From the NCBI GenBank assembly GCA_964035545.1, contig OZ037766.1:27697673-27761672 (forward strand): a stretch of 64,000 nt of DNA, written 5' to 3'. Origin of the DNA: Bugula neritina (Eukaryota; Animalia; Bryozoa). A model generated the notes under the pieces. It searched no databases. It was given only the letters and a program-made list of their open reading frames with translations, and was not told where the DNA came from. The position numbers and the translations under genes were made by a program. Position 1 is the first letter of the stretch. Every line of letters starts with the position of its first letter. This document shows positions 1-13,600 of the stretch, in pieces.

Positions 1-38
1 TTTTTGCTTTTTCATCTGCTTATTAAAACATATTAAAG

Positions 39-3000
39 GTTGTCTCTGAAGGAGATTTGTCTGGTTCTGTGATTACCGCTACCGAACCAGTAGCTGTCTT
101 CTCTGGTAACATCCGAGTAGGGATCAATGCTAAATCTAGAGATCATATTGTTGAGCAGCTGACACCTTGGGCAGAAGCATGTGAGTTCTATTGTCTATCG
201 AGTTATTACCAAAAGTGTTCCTATGTGTTTTCAACTATACTTACTATTTGTCCATTAAAATAAACATTCTTGGAAAATAGATTAGAAGTTCATATTTCTG
301 AGAAAATTTGAAGCAAAACTCTTAACCCAAATAAAAGTAAAAAATGTATGCACAAAAAAAAGAAGCTAAAAATACATATGTATGTAACATGAAGCAAAGA
401 AAAAAATACAAAATATTTATTAACTTCTCTTAACCTGAAAAACAAGCAATAAGCAATTACACTATTTTAACATTTTATGCAATTTCGTCTTTTTTCTGAA
501 ATAAAATACACTTTTCTGTATGTCAAAAATTTAGCACCAGGTTTTTATTATCTTCTAGCAAGATGCAGTGTATTTTCCAATAATATATTTGTTTGAGGTT
601 TTGTAATTAATAATAGTTATATGTAGAAGTTGAAAGATTACTTTCCACTTGCAGCAAATGAGTGGATTGTCGTAGCCAATGGAATGACCACAGAAGAGAT
701 TGTCAAGTTTACTTGTACCGCAGGCTCCACCATTCAGTTCCCGGCATACGAAGACTATTCTGGAAATACGTTCACCTTTTCATCAAGTGGTAAGACATAG
801 TCTACGCCTTGTTAACTGCTTCTGTATTTTATACTCTGCATTCTGTGCCTGTACTTGATGGTTTAGAGTCAGCCTTTCAGCGCCATATTGTAATTCTTAT
901 GAATGTACTATCTTCTACAGTCTACACAAAGTATTCTATTTTACAGTGTGTATATGTTCTATATCTTCCTTGTTTTAATAATTATTCCAATCTATACTCT
1001 GTATGTAACAGCTGCTAGCAATACATGTTTTTATATTTTAGACTCTAAAATTTATTATGCACATACCTACTCTGTTTTCTCTTGTAGGCTACATAATAAT
1101 TAAGCTTATTTTCTATATTTAACAAATATTCATATTTATAGCAGATTCTTCTTTCTATGTATTCAACTTAATTGACTTTTAATTTATAATTGTTTACCTA
1201 TAGTTTCATTGACCTTATCCATTTCACTCTATATCCTTCAACTTTCTATCATTACATTCATCGTAATAGGTTTATCACAAGAAATCAATGGTGTTTTGGC
1301 ACCAGTTTACATATGCATCAAATATCACAGTAGTAAATTTTACTTTTGCATCTGATACATGTCTGAGTGTATAGCAGGTTGAGACCACTTTTAGGTTGGG
1401 CTCGCTGGAGGTGGAGTCACCATCTTCACCATTACTACCTTGTTGGTGGTAATGCTTTTATACACTGTAGTGCATTACCAAGCTAGACATAATTGCATGG
1501 CACAAAAACAATCAGCTCTCTAAACTTGCTGTAGTAGGCATGTAGCTGTGTTCAAGGGCTTTAAAGGACATCCTTACTCTTTTGTTCATAAAGTAGTGAA
1601 TCTAGACATAAGGATATTACATCCTACATAGTTTAGGCTTCATATGTTATTGGTTTAGAGTTTGGGCTTTGATATACGGCTGCTTCCATCTATAGGGAGA
1701 CAATTGCTTGTTCGAATCAGGCTTTACTAAAAGATAGCTTCTGCAGGGGTTTACCAAACACAATTTTAGTAAATTAGAGCAAATGTCATTTATGCTTGGA
1801 GTTACAACTGCTAGAAAGCAGTAGCTATACGGTAGCCCTAATTATTTTTCATTCAATTCTTTTACGTTGGCTAACATGAAGAATATACATAAGTCACACT
1901 ATTGGTCTTAATTAGTGTTAGTTTACATTGTGTGCAATGTTCTTTGTGGACTGTAATTAACTTAGTCTATCATTTTAGACCATGGCCTGCCATGTGGTAT
2001 TCTTTAATTTATCGGGGTTGCAAAATGTAGTAACATAATGTATTATAAATTAAAACTTGGTGAATATTATTTTGCCATATAAACTATACTCATCTATAGC
2101 AAATCAATCCAATGTTGGAACTCAAAATGTACATCAAAATTGTAAAAAAACATGATTTCCTCATTGATATTGCTGATGTAGCGCTTTATACACACTTTTT
2201 ACTATAATGTAATTTAATTATTCTTATGATTATATTTAATTGGTAAATACTATTATTTTAACAGAAGGCACTGCTAGTGCAATTGTACCCCAGAACTACG
2301 CGGCAAGAGTCACTGCAACTGGAGGAAACTGCCAACTAATGCTCATCACCATCAGCCAAGCCTCTAAAAATCACCCATTCCTTGGAGACCCGACTATGTC
2401 CGCCATTGTTCCTGTGGTATGTTCTAAGGCTACCATCTCAGCCTAAAAACTTATTTATCCAATATATCACTGCATGTCTCTGTGGTAGGTTTTAAAGCCA
2501 ACATCTGATTCCGTATTGTAAATTTTGAATACATTTTAAATAAAGATTATGATTCACTCTTCTTTTGAAGATCATAAAAATTTAAAGAGCTGGATTAAAA
2601 GAATTTCAAAAAAACATTATGGAATTTTCTTATGGAATGAAGCTTTGATTTATTAAAACATTCATATTGGATATGAAACAGTGAATTTTCTGCCATCTTA
2701 TTACATTTCATGTATAAAACCATGGCTCTTAACTTTAAGGTTTTTGTCACAGAATAGATAAAGTATAATCAAGTCTGCAACAATATTTTTGTTGACACAT
2801 AGATCTAATAATTGTTTATTAGGAGAATATTACCTGAATCACTCTACTTCATAAAGTGCCAACTACTAAAAGCTAGTTTTAAATCATTTCCATTGAGGTT
2901 TTGCATCCACTGAATGGTTTATGCTTTTAGTCTCAGTACATAACCAGCGCATCCTTCGCAATTCCCGTAAAACCATGGAGAAAGTTAGCCACAGGAGAGG

Positions 3001-3348
3001 TTGACGATTACAAAGCAACTTTGGTTGTCGTGGCCCTAACATCTGAGAGATCTTCAATCAGACTTGATGGTTCAGCAATCAATAACTGGCAGACTATCTC
3101 TGGCTCATCGTATTCTGTAGTGAGAGTTGAGGTATGAGAACTTGTGGTTGGTTCCACTAAACTATATTTAGTCTAACACTTAGCCCTGTGTGTGTTATTC
3201 ATTTTGACGTTGTATTTCACAGGTAACTAGGAAAGACAACCCTGAGGCAGCTGTGCTTAACAGCTTGAATGGTGAAAAGTTTTCCGCTCGCCTGTGGGGT
3301 GTGGCCGACAGAGAGAGCTTTGCCTATACTCTTGGAATTGACTACTAA
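39..3348 (+). CDS. 3' part of an IgGFc-binding (FCGBP N-terminal) domain protein; exons 39-180, 655-789, 2265-2416, 2931-3131, 3223-3348; 5' end outside the window
   Basis: Phase-consistent GT-AG exons give ...GDLSGSVITATEPVAVFSGN...RDHIVEQLTP...GDPTMSAIVPVSQY...IRLDG...ESFAYTLGIDY*. These match the DLSG/PVAVFSG/DH.VEQ/GDP.M..P..QY motifs of the IgGFc_binding domain. Stop TAA at 3346-3348. Confidence 0.85.
1375..1640 (-). mobile_element. Possible highly degenerate RTE/LINE endonuclease remnant in an intron
   Basis: GC-richer intronic patch. Minus-strand fragments SYMPTT and SNGE...NLKVVSTCY resemble the APE endonuclease motifs YAPT and NG...NL.I.NT.F, but are broken by stops and frameshifts. 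Confidence 0.25.
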
Positions 3349-4684
3349 CCAGCCATCAGCTATGCATGGTTAATGACTACTGAATAGTTGATACTATTTA
3401 GTAATGCTGGTGTATAAACTACCAGTTAAATTGCTTGCCATTTTCCTTCACTCCCATCAACATGATAAATTATGTTGATTATAATTGACTGTTGTACTAT
3501 GTAATATTATTTTATTCTGACAATCAAAATTGCATTTTAGAAATACATTCCATTTAGCTTCTATATAATAGTTATAACCAAGATAAGTTCTAGCATATTT
3601 ATGTTGCGATGTAGGCTAACAGTTTTTTTCTAATAATTTGGATCATAGGAAATTATTTTTGGTACAACTATTAAAGAACATTATTATATAATTATAGAAA
3701 AAACATCTGCACTTTTAAATAAAACTGACAAGTAGTTTATTTGCACTACGTTTTGAGATGCTTTCTTGAAAAATGCCACAGATTCCGAACAGCTATGGCA
3801 TTACGATACCACATATCTGTAATTTGTTCCGGGATAGCAGAATGAAATAAAACAATTAGAAAGGTTAGGACAAATTACGAGTGGTATGTTTAAATGCTCC
3901 AAATTGAATTTTACATTGACTCTGAGAATCAAATCATAATGAAAGAACGCAAACAAGCCTAAGCCCTTGTAAATATTATAAAACTTGAACTTCGGATTAA
4001 TTATATGATTTTGGTAAAAATCATTTCTTTATTGTTCAATATAAAGCAACTATATTTCAGGAATACGGAATACCAAAAACAAAGTTCATTTTAGTCTCTA
4101 ATAAATAGCATTAGGCTAAATGAACAAAATTAACTTCATGAATTCAGATACTAATAAAGTTTCAATGAGACAAAATAATATACACAATTCATTACAGCCA
4201 TGATAACACCATCTTGGCATTAAATATTTAAAAAAAATTAATATAAAATCACAAAAAAAGTCTGTGGATATCTATTCAATTATTTGTGAAAAAAATTGTG
4301 CACAAAAAACATCATTTCATCAGCCTAGTATGGACATATTTCGATGAGGAAGATATGTAAAGTTTTGAACAATTCACGCAGATTTTCTGCACAATCGAGT
4401 AAATGTTAAAAAGAATTTTACAGAAACACATGTTTGAATTGCCCTGTAGGTTTAGCACACCTATGTAGAACCAGTTCCAATACTTCCACTACAAGCTCCA
4501 AAGAACGTCAATGATGAAGACTGCTTGTTGTGTAGAATGTTGGCCAACTTAATTCAGAATCAAAGACAATAAAGTGGACATTACTACTGACTTTGGCAAT
4601 AATAGTTTTATGTATATACTGCATTAGATTACCAGCCACGTCTCTACTCGGAGTACAACAGACAGTCAGAAGGTTGTGAATCCA

Positions 4685-7600
4685 CTAAACGGGGGAACCA
4701 AAGTACACCGAGTTGTTGGACTGGAGTTTTCTTCTCTTGACCTTGGTGACCTTTGTCGTGTCAGAGTCGGTAGAGTCTGTCTCGTTAGATTCAACGACAT
4801 CAAATGTCGTGTTCAGTGTGCTGGATACGGGATCAGTCTTGGCGGTTTCAAACGTTGCGTTTAGCATTGTGCCTTCACTACTGCTGAGCTCAGAATCGAA
4901 ATTGGGCTTTTTGTTGTTCTACAATATAAGGTTGATGATGTCAACCAAGTGCACCTGCACTGCAGCATATTATTTCAAACAGCACACAGTTAATTGGAAG
5001 TTATCTACTCTAATGAACCTATCGTTGATATTAGTAGGTACAAGAATTGGTAAACAGAGCGAAACTGCAGAGAAAGAGAACTTCTAAAACCCACTAAATG
5101 GTTCGCACTAGAGGCCTTCTTGAAAAGGCAATGCTTTGAACTTACACTAAAACTCTTGGTAAGCGAAGCAGCAAGTAAAAGTTTTTGCTAGAGAAATTAA
5201 ACCTTTCAACTTGGACTGATAAAGCAAACAGGCTGTAGACAGAGCATATTCAGAAGGTTACACCTACCCATGGGTTCAGACACTGGTTGAGGGTGCAACC
5301 GCACAGGGGGCCACAGGCTTGGCCTTTGAGCCGGCAAGAGCAGCGCTTGTTGCGACACTGCTTGGTGCAGTTGCACTTAGAGAATGATGACACACGTCTC
5401 ATTCGCCTGACCTCTGGGGTGGCGTGCCAGCTGAGGTCAGCAGGATCTATAATATACACCAGAGGAGAGTAATACATGCTAGTAAATTTATGTATGTGAG
5501 TAATAAGTAATACATAATATACCTTTACTGATCATACATACCAGTAATATATAATACATGGCACACCTTCTACTGATGATATATACTAAGCAATACGTAA
5601 TACATGGTATACCAACGTACAAGAGAACTTACCATCATTCTCAACTTCGGAGTCGAACTCTGACTCATACTCAACTACTTCCTGTCCTTCAGGAACTGAC
5701 CTAATTTTGGACACCACCGTGAGCTTGTTGTGCTTCCTTTTCGCCGTCGTTTTCATCTACAGTATAAAACTTCTGACTAAGAGACTTCTAGAGAAATTCA
5801 GTGCCATATTCTCATATCAAATAACAACAAGTATTCACGTATCCAGTAACACAAATTATACATTAACTGTAGAGAAATAGTCACCTGTACTTTCGCATCT
5901 TCTGTATGTTTGGCTGATACAGACACTTTATCCAGATACGGAGAGGCACATATACCCAAGTTTGGAAATCGTTCTCCAGGTAACCCACTCTTGGGAGTGT
6001 CTACAGAAAGGTATTAGTTATTATACAACATCATAACCACCACCAGCGGTTGAGTGAATGAAATGATGAAAGTAAGCATGGCTTATCTGGTTGTCTTTGA
6101 GAAAAAACTTTTGATTATTCATAACAAAATACCCCTGTCACAAAGAAATTATACTAAAAAATTGGTCTCTTTGAAAAGTAAAGCAGCTGAAAAAGTGCCG
6201 CCTTCAACTCACAAGCTTTTGGCGTGGGACCAGCTAGAGTGGTGGCTGCCAGGAGTTTTCTTTCCAACTCAGCAATCTTCTGATTCTTATCACCAATTTC
6301 ATCATTCAAGGCTGTAATGTCCAGCTGCAATGACTACAACCAAGATAATAGTTTCTTAACTCACATATCACAATTCAGAGCACATGCCACAACTGTCACA
6401 ACTGAGAGCACATATCACAATTGAGAGCACATCCCACAGCTGTCACAACTGAGAGCACATGCCACAACTGTCACAACTGAGAGCACATGTTACAGCTGAG
6501 AGGACATGCTACTACTGAGAGCACATGCCAGAACTGAGAGCACATGTCACAACTAAAATCTCATGTCGCAGCTGAGAGCACATGTGACAACTGAGAGCAC
6601 ATGCCACTACTGAGAGCACATGTCACAACTGAATGGTCATAACTGTTGTCATTGAAAACCTTCCGATTTGAAAAAACACTAGCTCTACATGGCACAAGAT
6701 GATTTCAATAACTTATTGCAAGTGACAACAAATGACAACCTGTAGCAAGTGATAACAGATGGCAGTACAATAGTAAGAGTATACAAAACTAGGTCAACGT
6801 ACATTAATATTCAGGTCAGATGTGTCACCACCTTGCTTCTCTAACTGAGCTTTTAGAGCAGCCAACTTTCTGTCATAATTCTTGGAGAGGATCTAAGATA
6901 GTATAGGAGCAACAGCCAGTTAGTATATATTATTACGATATACACTGCGAGTATATTATACAGTTAGTATATATTATTACGATATACACTGCGAGTATAT
7001 TATACAGTTAGTATATAACACTAGTATGTAATATCATAATATATTATACAGTTACTATAATATATTATTACGATATACGCTGTGAGTATATTATACAGTT
7101 AGTATATATTATCACTATATATTATATTGCTGTATATTCATAATATATATTAACTGTATATATTATGATATAGATTGTGAGTATATTATAAAGTTAGTAA
7201 AGGCATATTATCATAAAAACAACAAGCATTGTACCCATGTATATAATAAAAGGAAATAAATATTTACATTCAGCTCGTTGTAGTGGTAATCTTCCATCTC
7301 TGCCAGCTCTGCCTGCAAATCTTGAACTCTTTTAGAGTTACTGTCAGCAATGCAGCTGTTTTCTTTCAACTCTGATTGGGCAACTAAACTCTCTGCCCTG
7401 TACTTTACACACTGCAATACAACATGGCCAAGACATTAAGACATAGTGACACAACGTAGCAGAGGTAAATGTATAGGTAGAGGAAATGCTGCTGCAATGT
7501 TCTACTCACCAGCCCTACAAGATGTCTGACGGCACACCGAGCCTCCACCATGGAGGACAACTTCTCACTGAGGGGTTGAGACTTCCCTGACTTTGCATCC

Positions 7601-10600
7601 TGCAACTTCTGATTGAATTCAGAAATGGCCGCCGTGCTGTAATAATACATGTCACTATATACACTATAATAGAGAGGTATAGTAAGGTGATACAGAGTAG
7701 AAAGTATATTGTAAGGTAGTACAGAGTGTAGAGTATACTGTAAGGTAGTACAGAGTATACTGTAAGATAGTACAGAGTATACTGTAAGATAGTACAGAGT
7801 ATACTGTAAGGTAGTACAGAGTATACTGTAAGGTAGTACAGAGTATATTGTAAGGTAGTACAGAGTATATAGTAAGGTAGTACACAGTATACTGTAAGGT
7901 AGTACAGAGGTATACTGTATGAAAACTAAAGCCCTCACCATAGACTGAGCTGAGTTTGGAACAGTTTAGTCTGAGTTTCAGTTTGTGGCGAGGAGTTGGG
8001 GCGCTCCTTGAGGGCCTTCAACTGCTGAGCTAGCTCTGCTCTCTGTGCTTGCTGCTCTGTTAGATACCTCTCAGCCTCCTTCACACTGACCTGTAACATA
8101 GCTGTGTAACATAGACTGCCCGTGTCCAGAAACAAGATGACAATTCCCATTATTTACTCGAAATCAATAAATTGCAGTTTGTTAGAACAAGAAACCACCA
8201 GAACTGGTCTTATAGTCTCATACGCACCAGCATGTCAACTTCTTCAGTCACTAGACCTCTGATACGAGGTCCCACATCTTTGGTAGCGACAGCAGTCTTC
8301 TCATATCTCTCCCGAGATGATTTCTGCTTTTCCAAAGCATCTTTCAGTCTCTTGTTAGCCTATTATACGAAAGAATTAAATCTCAGACTATAACAAAGTG
8401 ACGCATGTAGCTACTGTAAAACACCATTACCTTGCTTATAATAAATACAAGAATATCTTACCTAAAATCATAATTAGATAAATATTTATTTGTCCTATTG
8501 GTTATGGAAAGGTTTTTGCAATACATTTTATGAAGAAATTATCAACCCGTGGTGACTGTGAAATCCTAATAATGAAAAAAGATCCAGAGTAAAATCTGTG
8601 GTTCATACAGTTAAATATAATGTAAAAATAAAGCCAGCCTTCAAGTATTGTTTACATGTTTGATTAAAATTTCAATGCAATTTATATGAATCTAAATTTA
8701 CAGAAGTGAGTAAAATAAATTATTACTTCCTAAAAAAATTGTCGACTTGTTTAACAATTTCAAAATATTTCAGTACAGCAAACATAAGGTGAGACAACAT
8801 TGATTGATGCCTCACTTAACATACTTAATCAATATTTATGTCATCATGCTAATCAGTAAAAGATATCATATACATTATATAGTAACAGTACCATAGCTGC
8901 CTCTTCAGCCTTTCTCTTGTAGAAAGCCTGTGATTTACTGTGTTGTCTCTCCATCTTAGCCATTTCACACTAGAATCAGAGCAATATTGAGGGTAATGCA
9001 GGGTACACAGCTACGCAATAACAAACAATAAACATAATAACCGGGAGTTATATTCTCTCACATCTCTCTTTCGATCCTTCGCTTTCAGCTGCATCAACTT
9101 CTTGTCCTGCTCCATCTTCCACTTCCTGAAGTTCTCCGACTCCTCCTTGATCTGTTTCATGAGTCGAACTCGCTGCTGCTTCATACGCACTATCTGCTCG
9201 TTGAGACTCTTCAGCTGCTTGTCTGTCTGTTCCTTCATCTTCGCTATCCTCGTCTGCTCCTTCAGCTTCCTCTGTAACTCCGCCATCTGCTGCTCTAACT
9301 CCTTCAGACGCTGCCGTCGCTGCTCGCTAATCTTACCAACTGCTGCTGACGTTTTACTGCCAGATAGCTGCTGCGTCAGTCTTTCTTTTTCTTCCTCTAA
9401 CATTTTGATCTGCAATTATAAACACAGTGTTACTACAGAAAATGCACAGTGATACGACAGCATATAGACAGTGCTGTATACTAAACAGCGTTGTGTGTAC
9501 TATACAGTGCGTTGTGTGTACTAGACAGTGTGTTGCGTGTACTAGACAGTGCGTTGTGTGTACTAGACAGTGCGTTGTGTGTACTAGACAGTGCGTTGTG
9601 TGTACTATACAGTGCGTTGTGTGTACTATACAGTGCGTTGTGTGTACTAGACAGTGCGTTGTGTGTACTAGACAGCGTGTTGTGTGTACTAGACAGTGTG
9701 TTGCGTGTACTAGACAGTGCGTTGTGTGTACTAGACAGTGCGTTGTGTGTACTAGACAGTGCGTTGTGTACCTTCTTTTCAAAAGTCTGTTGTCTCTTCA
9801 AGCTTTCCCGTTTCTGCTCCACCGTCACACATTCACTCATCATCTGCTCTTTAACCGCCAGCATATCATTGAGCTCTTTCAGCTGTCTGCTCATCTTTGC
9901 CCTGTGTAGTGTGTACGTTTTACCGTAGCTCTCATTGGTCACGTCACCAGACAAAGCAACCTAGAACATGCATATATATCACCATAGCAACAAGTCACAT
10001 CGTTAAGGAAAAAGCTTCATATCGCCAAGGCTTCAAGTGCACATCACCGTCAATACAACCACATGCTGAGCATATGAGCTGGGAAACACTGAAGTGGTTT
10101 CCCCTGTGAAAATGGCCAACAGGAAAAACCCGGATATAATGCCTTTTTGACATCACTAACTGCTAGCACAGGATGTAAACCTCCCAGCCATCACAACATG
10201 ACTATTTTATAATTAGGTTACATAAACAAAGCCTATTCCCAACTTTATTATACAACGAGCTCAACAAAGAAACACTTTATGATAGGCATATAGAATCATT
10301 ATAGAGTAGGGATACCTTAGCAGGAGTCAATGTGCTGGTACTGGTGCTAGTGCTGTCGGTGACAGCGCCATCTACCTCCATCTCTGAGCCATCCTCTGTC
10401 AGCTCAGTTACAGTCGTCAAACTCGAATGTATATCTTCAAACACAACCAATTTATACCTCAGAAAATAGCTACGCTACATCACAGTGTGTGCATTGTCTC
10501 CACGTGTGCAAAATATCAGCATTCAGAATGAACTAATTTATACTTAATAGCAGAACCGCCCTACGTTAAAGTATGTAGAGTGTATACAGTGTAGAGTGTA

Positions 10601-13600
10601 TAGTGTGTAGAGTACAGTGTATAGTGTATACAGTGTATTGTGTACAGTATAGTGTGTACAGTGTAGTGGGTATAGTGTGTATAATGTGTATAGTGTGTAT
10701 AGTGTAGAGTGTGCTCAGAGATAAAGTGTCAACACATAAAAAGTACTAGCCTAGAATTTGCACCCATCTTGAACCAGATAAACGCAACTGCTGACCTAAG
10801 AAAACAGGTTAGGACAGCAACACTAAGACTACATACCTGACAGCGTGCATTCCAAGTTGTCTCTGTCATGTTCAAGAGCAGACAACTCTTCTTGCATTGA
10901 CTTGGCTCTCTCTAGTTGTTGTCTGACCTCTGGGGCCAGACTGGAGTCCTTCAGAGAACTGTCCAGAGCGTCTAGGTTGATTCTGAAGTTAAGACAAGAC
11001 TTATACTATACAGTCGTACATGAGTCAACAAGTCTACTTCAACAACATATGAAATATAGAATTAGCTCAATATTCTAGTTGAAAGAGATTTACTAAATAC
11101 TAATCATGATTATAGCTAAACGGCTATGTTTCTAATATTCCCCTAAGCTGGTGGGCAAGATGCAAGTAAGTCTGTGGAATGTATAGACAATAATCTGAGA
11201 TCTCAACAACTAACAATGTTAGAGCTGACATTTCATCGTATACTGAATGCGTACCCTGTCTCAATGGTGATTTTATTGAGCTTGGCTTTCAGTTTATCCC
11301 TCGACATCTCCACCAAGACAATCTTCTCGCAGAGCTCATTGCTGTGATCTATAGCATTGCTCAGCTCTCTCGTCAGCTTGTCGTTTTGTTGCTCCAACAA
11401 CTCGGATTTCTCTCGTAGTTTTTGGTACTCCAAAGAGCTACATGCAAATACGTGTCAGTTGGCACACTGTCTAGATGGACAACTCCAACACACAGTCACA
11501 GGGAACATAACTCTAACACACAGCCACAGGAAACATAACTCTAACACACAACCAAACACAGGGAACACAACTTCAACAGAAGATCAGATACTAATAGAGC
11601 ACAAATCCCTTGGCAAGTGCTTGACTGTCTATTAGAAATACAAGAAACCTAACACATCCAAATGCATGGCCATAAAGACATTTTTAAAAGTTGGGTTACT
11701 TATATAATATATCCAAATGCATGGCCTCGAAAATATTTTCAGAATTCCAGTCGAAAACACTTTGTGTATACCGAGAGCCCAACTTATATTAAACAATTAT
11801 AAAGATGGAGTAACAAATCAAACTCTCTCAGTTGTAGGCACCTTGGTGTGATATGTGTAGTGCTCAAAAAGGCAATCACAAGAAAAAGAGCACCTGCTCT
11901 CACCTGACAGGGTCCCCGCCACCACCTAGCTCACTGACAGCGTCACTCTGCAGCTGAGCAACGAGGTTCTTGAGTCGGAGTATCTCCGCCACGTGGGGGT
12001 CTCTGTTCACCGTAGGCTTGTTCTTGATTCTCTTAGCTCTGTCAGCGTACCGTAGCGTGTTCAGAGTTTCCTCCATGTTAGAGTCAGCGGGGCTGATGCA
12101 GGCCATCATTAGAGTATATGAGTTGCCTCCAAGAGAATCTACAAGTTAACAGATATACACAAGTTATTCAACAGATTTAGATGGGTTATTCAACAGATGT
12201 AGACGGGTTATTCAACAGATGTAGACGGGTTTTTTCAACAAATGTAGAAGGGTTATTCAACAGATGTACACAGGTTATTTAACAGATGTAGAAGGGTTAT
12301 TCAACAGATGTACATGAGTTCAAACGCCAGTTAAAAGACTCTTGTATATCTTTGATGGTCTTTTGCCAGCCTAGTGATTAGCTCATACTGTCCTGGTAAT
12401 AGATACTGTGACTCACAACACAAATAGTCATAAAAATATAATAGCAATCACATACTAACTTATAGAATGCTTATTCATGTACAGCATATTGAAACCAATA
12501 AGATGCATGCATGAAAACGATATCACCATTACCACGTATAATAACTACCTTACTGATGACTATTCTTACACTCCACATCATGTTAGATGAACACAGCAAT
12601 GTCTTCACAGACACCTGAATATTGAGGCAGCATATCTCAGCAATTATCACTCACCTTGAAGCAGCCGAGTTAATTTGCTGTCGCGATACGGTATGTGAGA
12701 GACAGTCTTCTTTCTCTTCTCATCACCAAGAGCAGAAACTACATTACCAAGAGCTAGCAATCCTGTAGTAATACATCAATACAATGAATATAACTCTGGG
12801 CATATAAACACATGCTAGTATGGTCACAGCGTAACACAACAATCTTGATACTAAACTTTCAGCGGTGTTATTTTGTTGGCAATACCTAAGTTGATGTTTA
12901 TTCCTTCTTTCCTTCTATCACCTTCTGCTCCTGTTTTCTTTATTCTTTCAGAACCTGCGAGATCTACCAGATGGAACTTTGCACTCCATGAATCTTCCCT
13001 TCAAATGAGAAGACAATCACTAACAGTAGATAATAGAAAGGGGATTAGATTATACGAGACTATACAGATTATATATTATATATTCATGTAAGATGACGTA
13101 TATTATGTGATCGTACGAAGTAATGAGAATATATATGCGAGCTACTCAACGTATTTTACATTTAGTTTGCATATTTGTTGACATGAATGCAGATATTATC
13201 ACAAAGCAACAAACTTCGTTTTAAGACAAAACCAACTGCATCAACCCAGGACAACTATTATATTTCTACAGCAGTAAACATTATAAACTAACTTCTGTGA
13301 CTTGCTCTGTCTATCAATGTAAATGGTGAAGATGGCGTGGCTCCTGCTAGACGTTTCGTTCATCTTGGTAGACCCAACGGCGCGGAACTCACCGCCGTTA
13401 CAGAGAAGGTTGAGCGCTTCTGTTGGTGCAGTGACTACGTGCTCGGTGAGACCGGATACCTTGTAGTCACAGGAAATAACAGCAACATGCAGCAGATTGA
13501 CAATGACAGGGAAAATAACTCTTACATTTACCAGAGAGAATTTTTTAAGTTATAAGTAGAGAGACAGCAATATATTACAGGAAACAATAATGATTGAGAG

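Noticed and set aside
4440-4684. Possible extra KIF4 coding exons or a 3' UTR intron downstream of 4685
   Set aside because: The frame closes at 4685 after a KIF4-like terminal motif; the downstream splice signals are weak and unsupported.
9354-9954. Four long overlapping Cys/His-rich ORFs (e.g. VHTTHCL and VVCTRQC repeats) resembling metal-binding proteins
   Set aside because: They are translations of a 21-nt intronic minisatellite, which is open in several frames.
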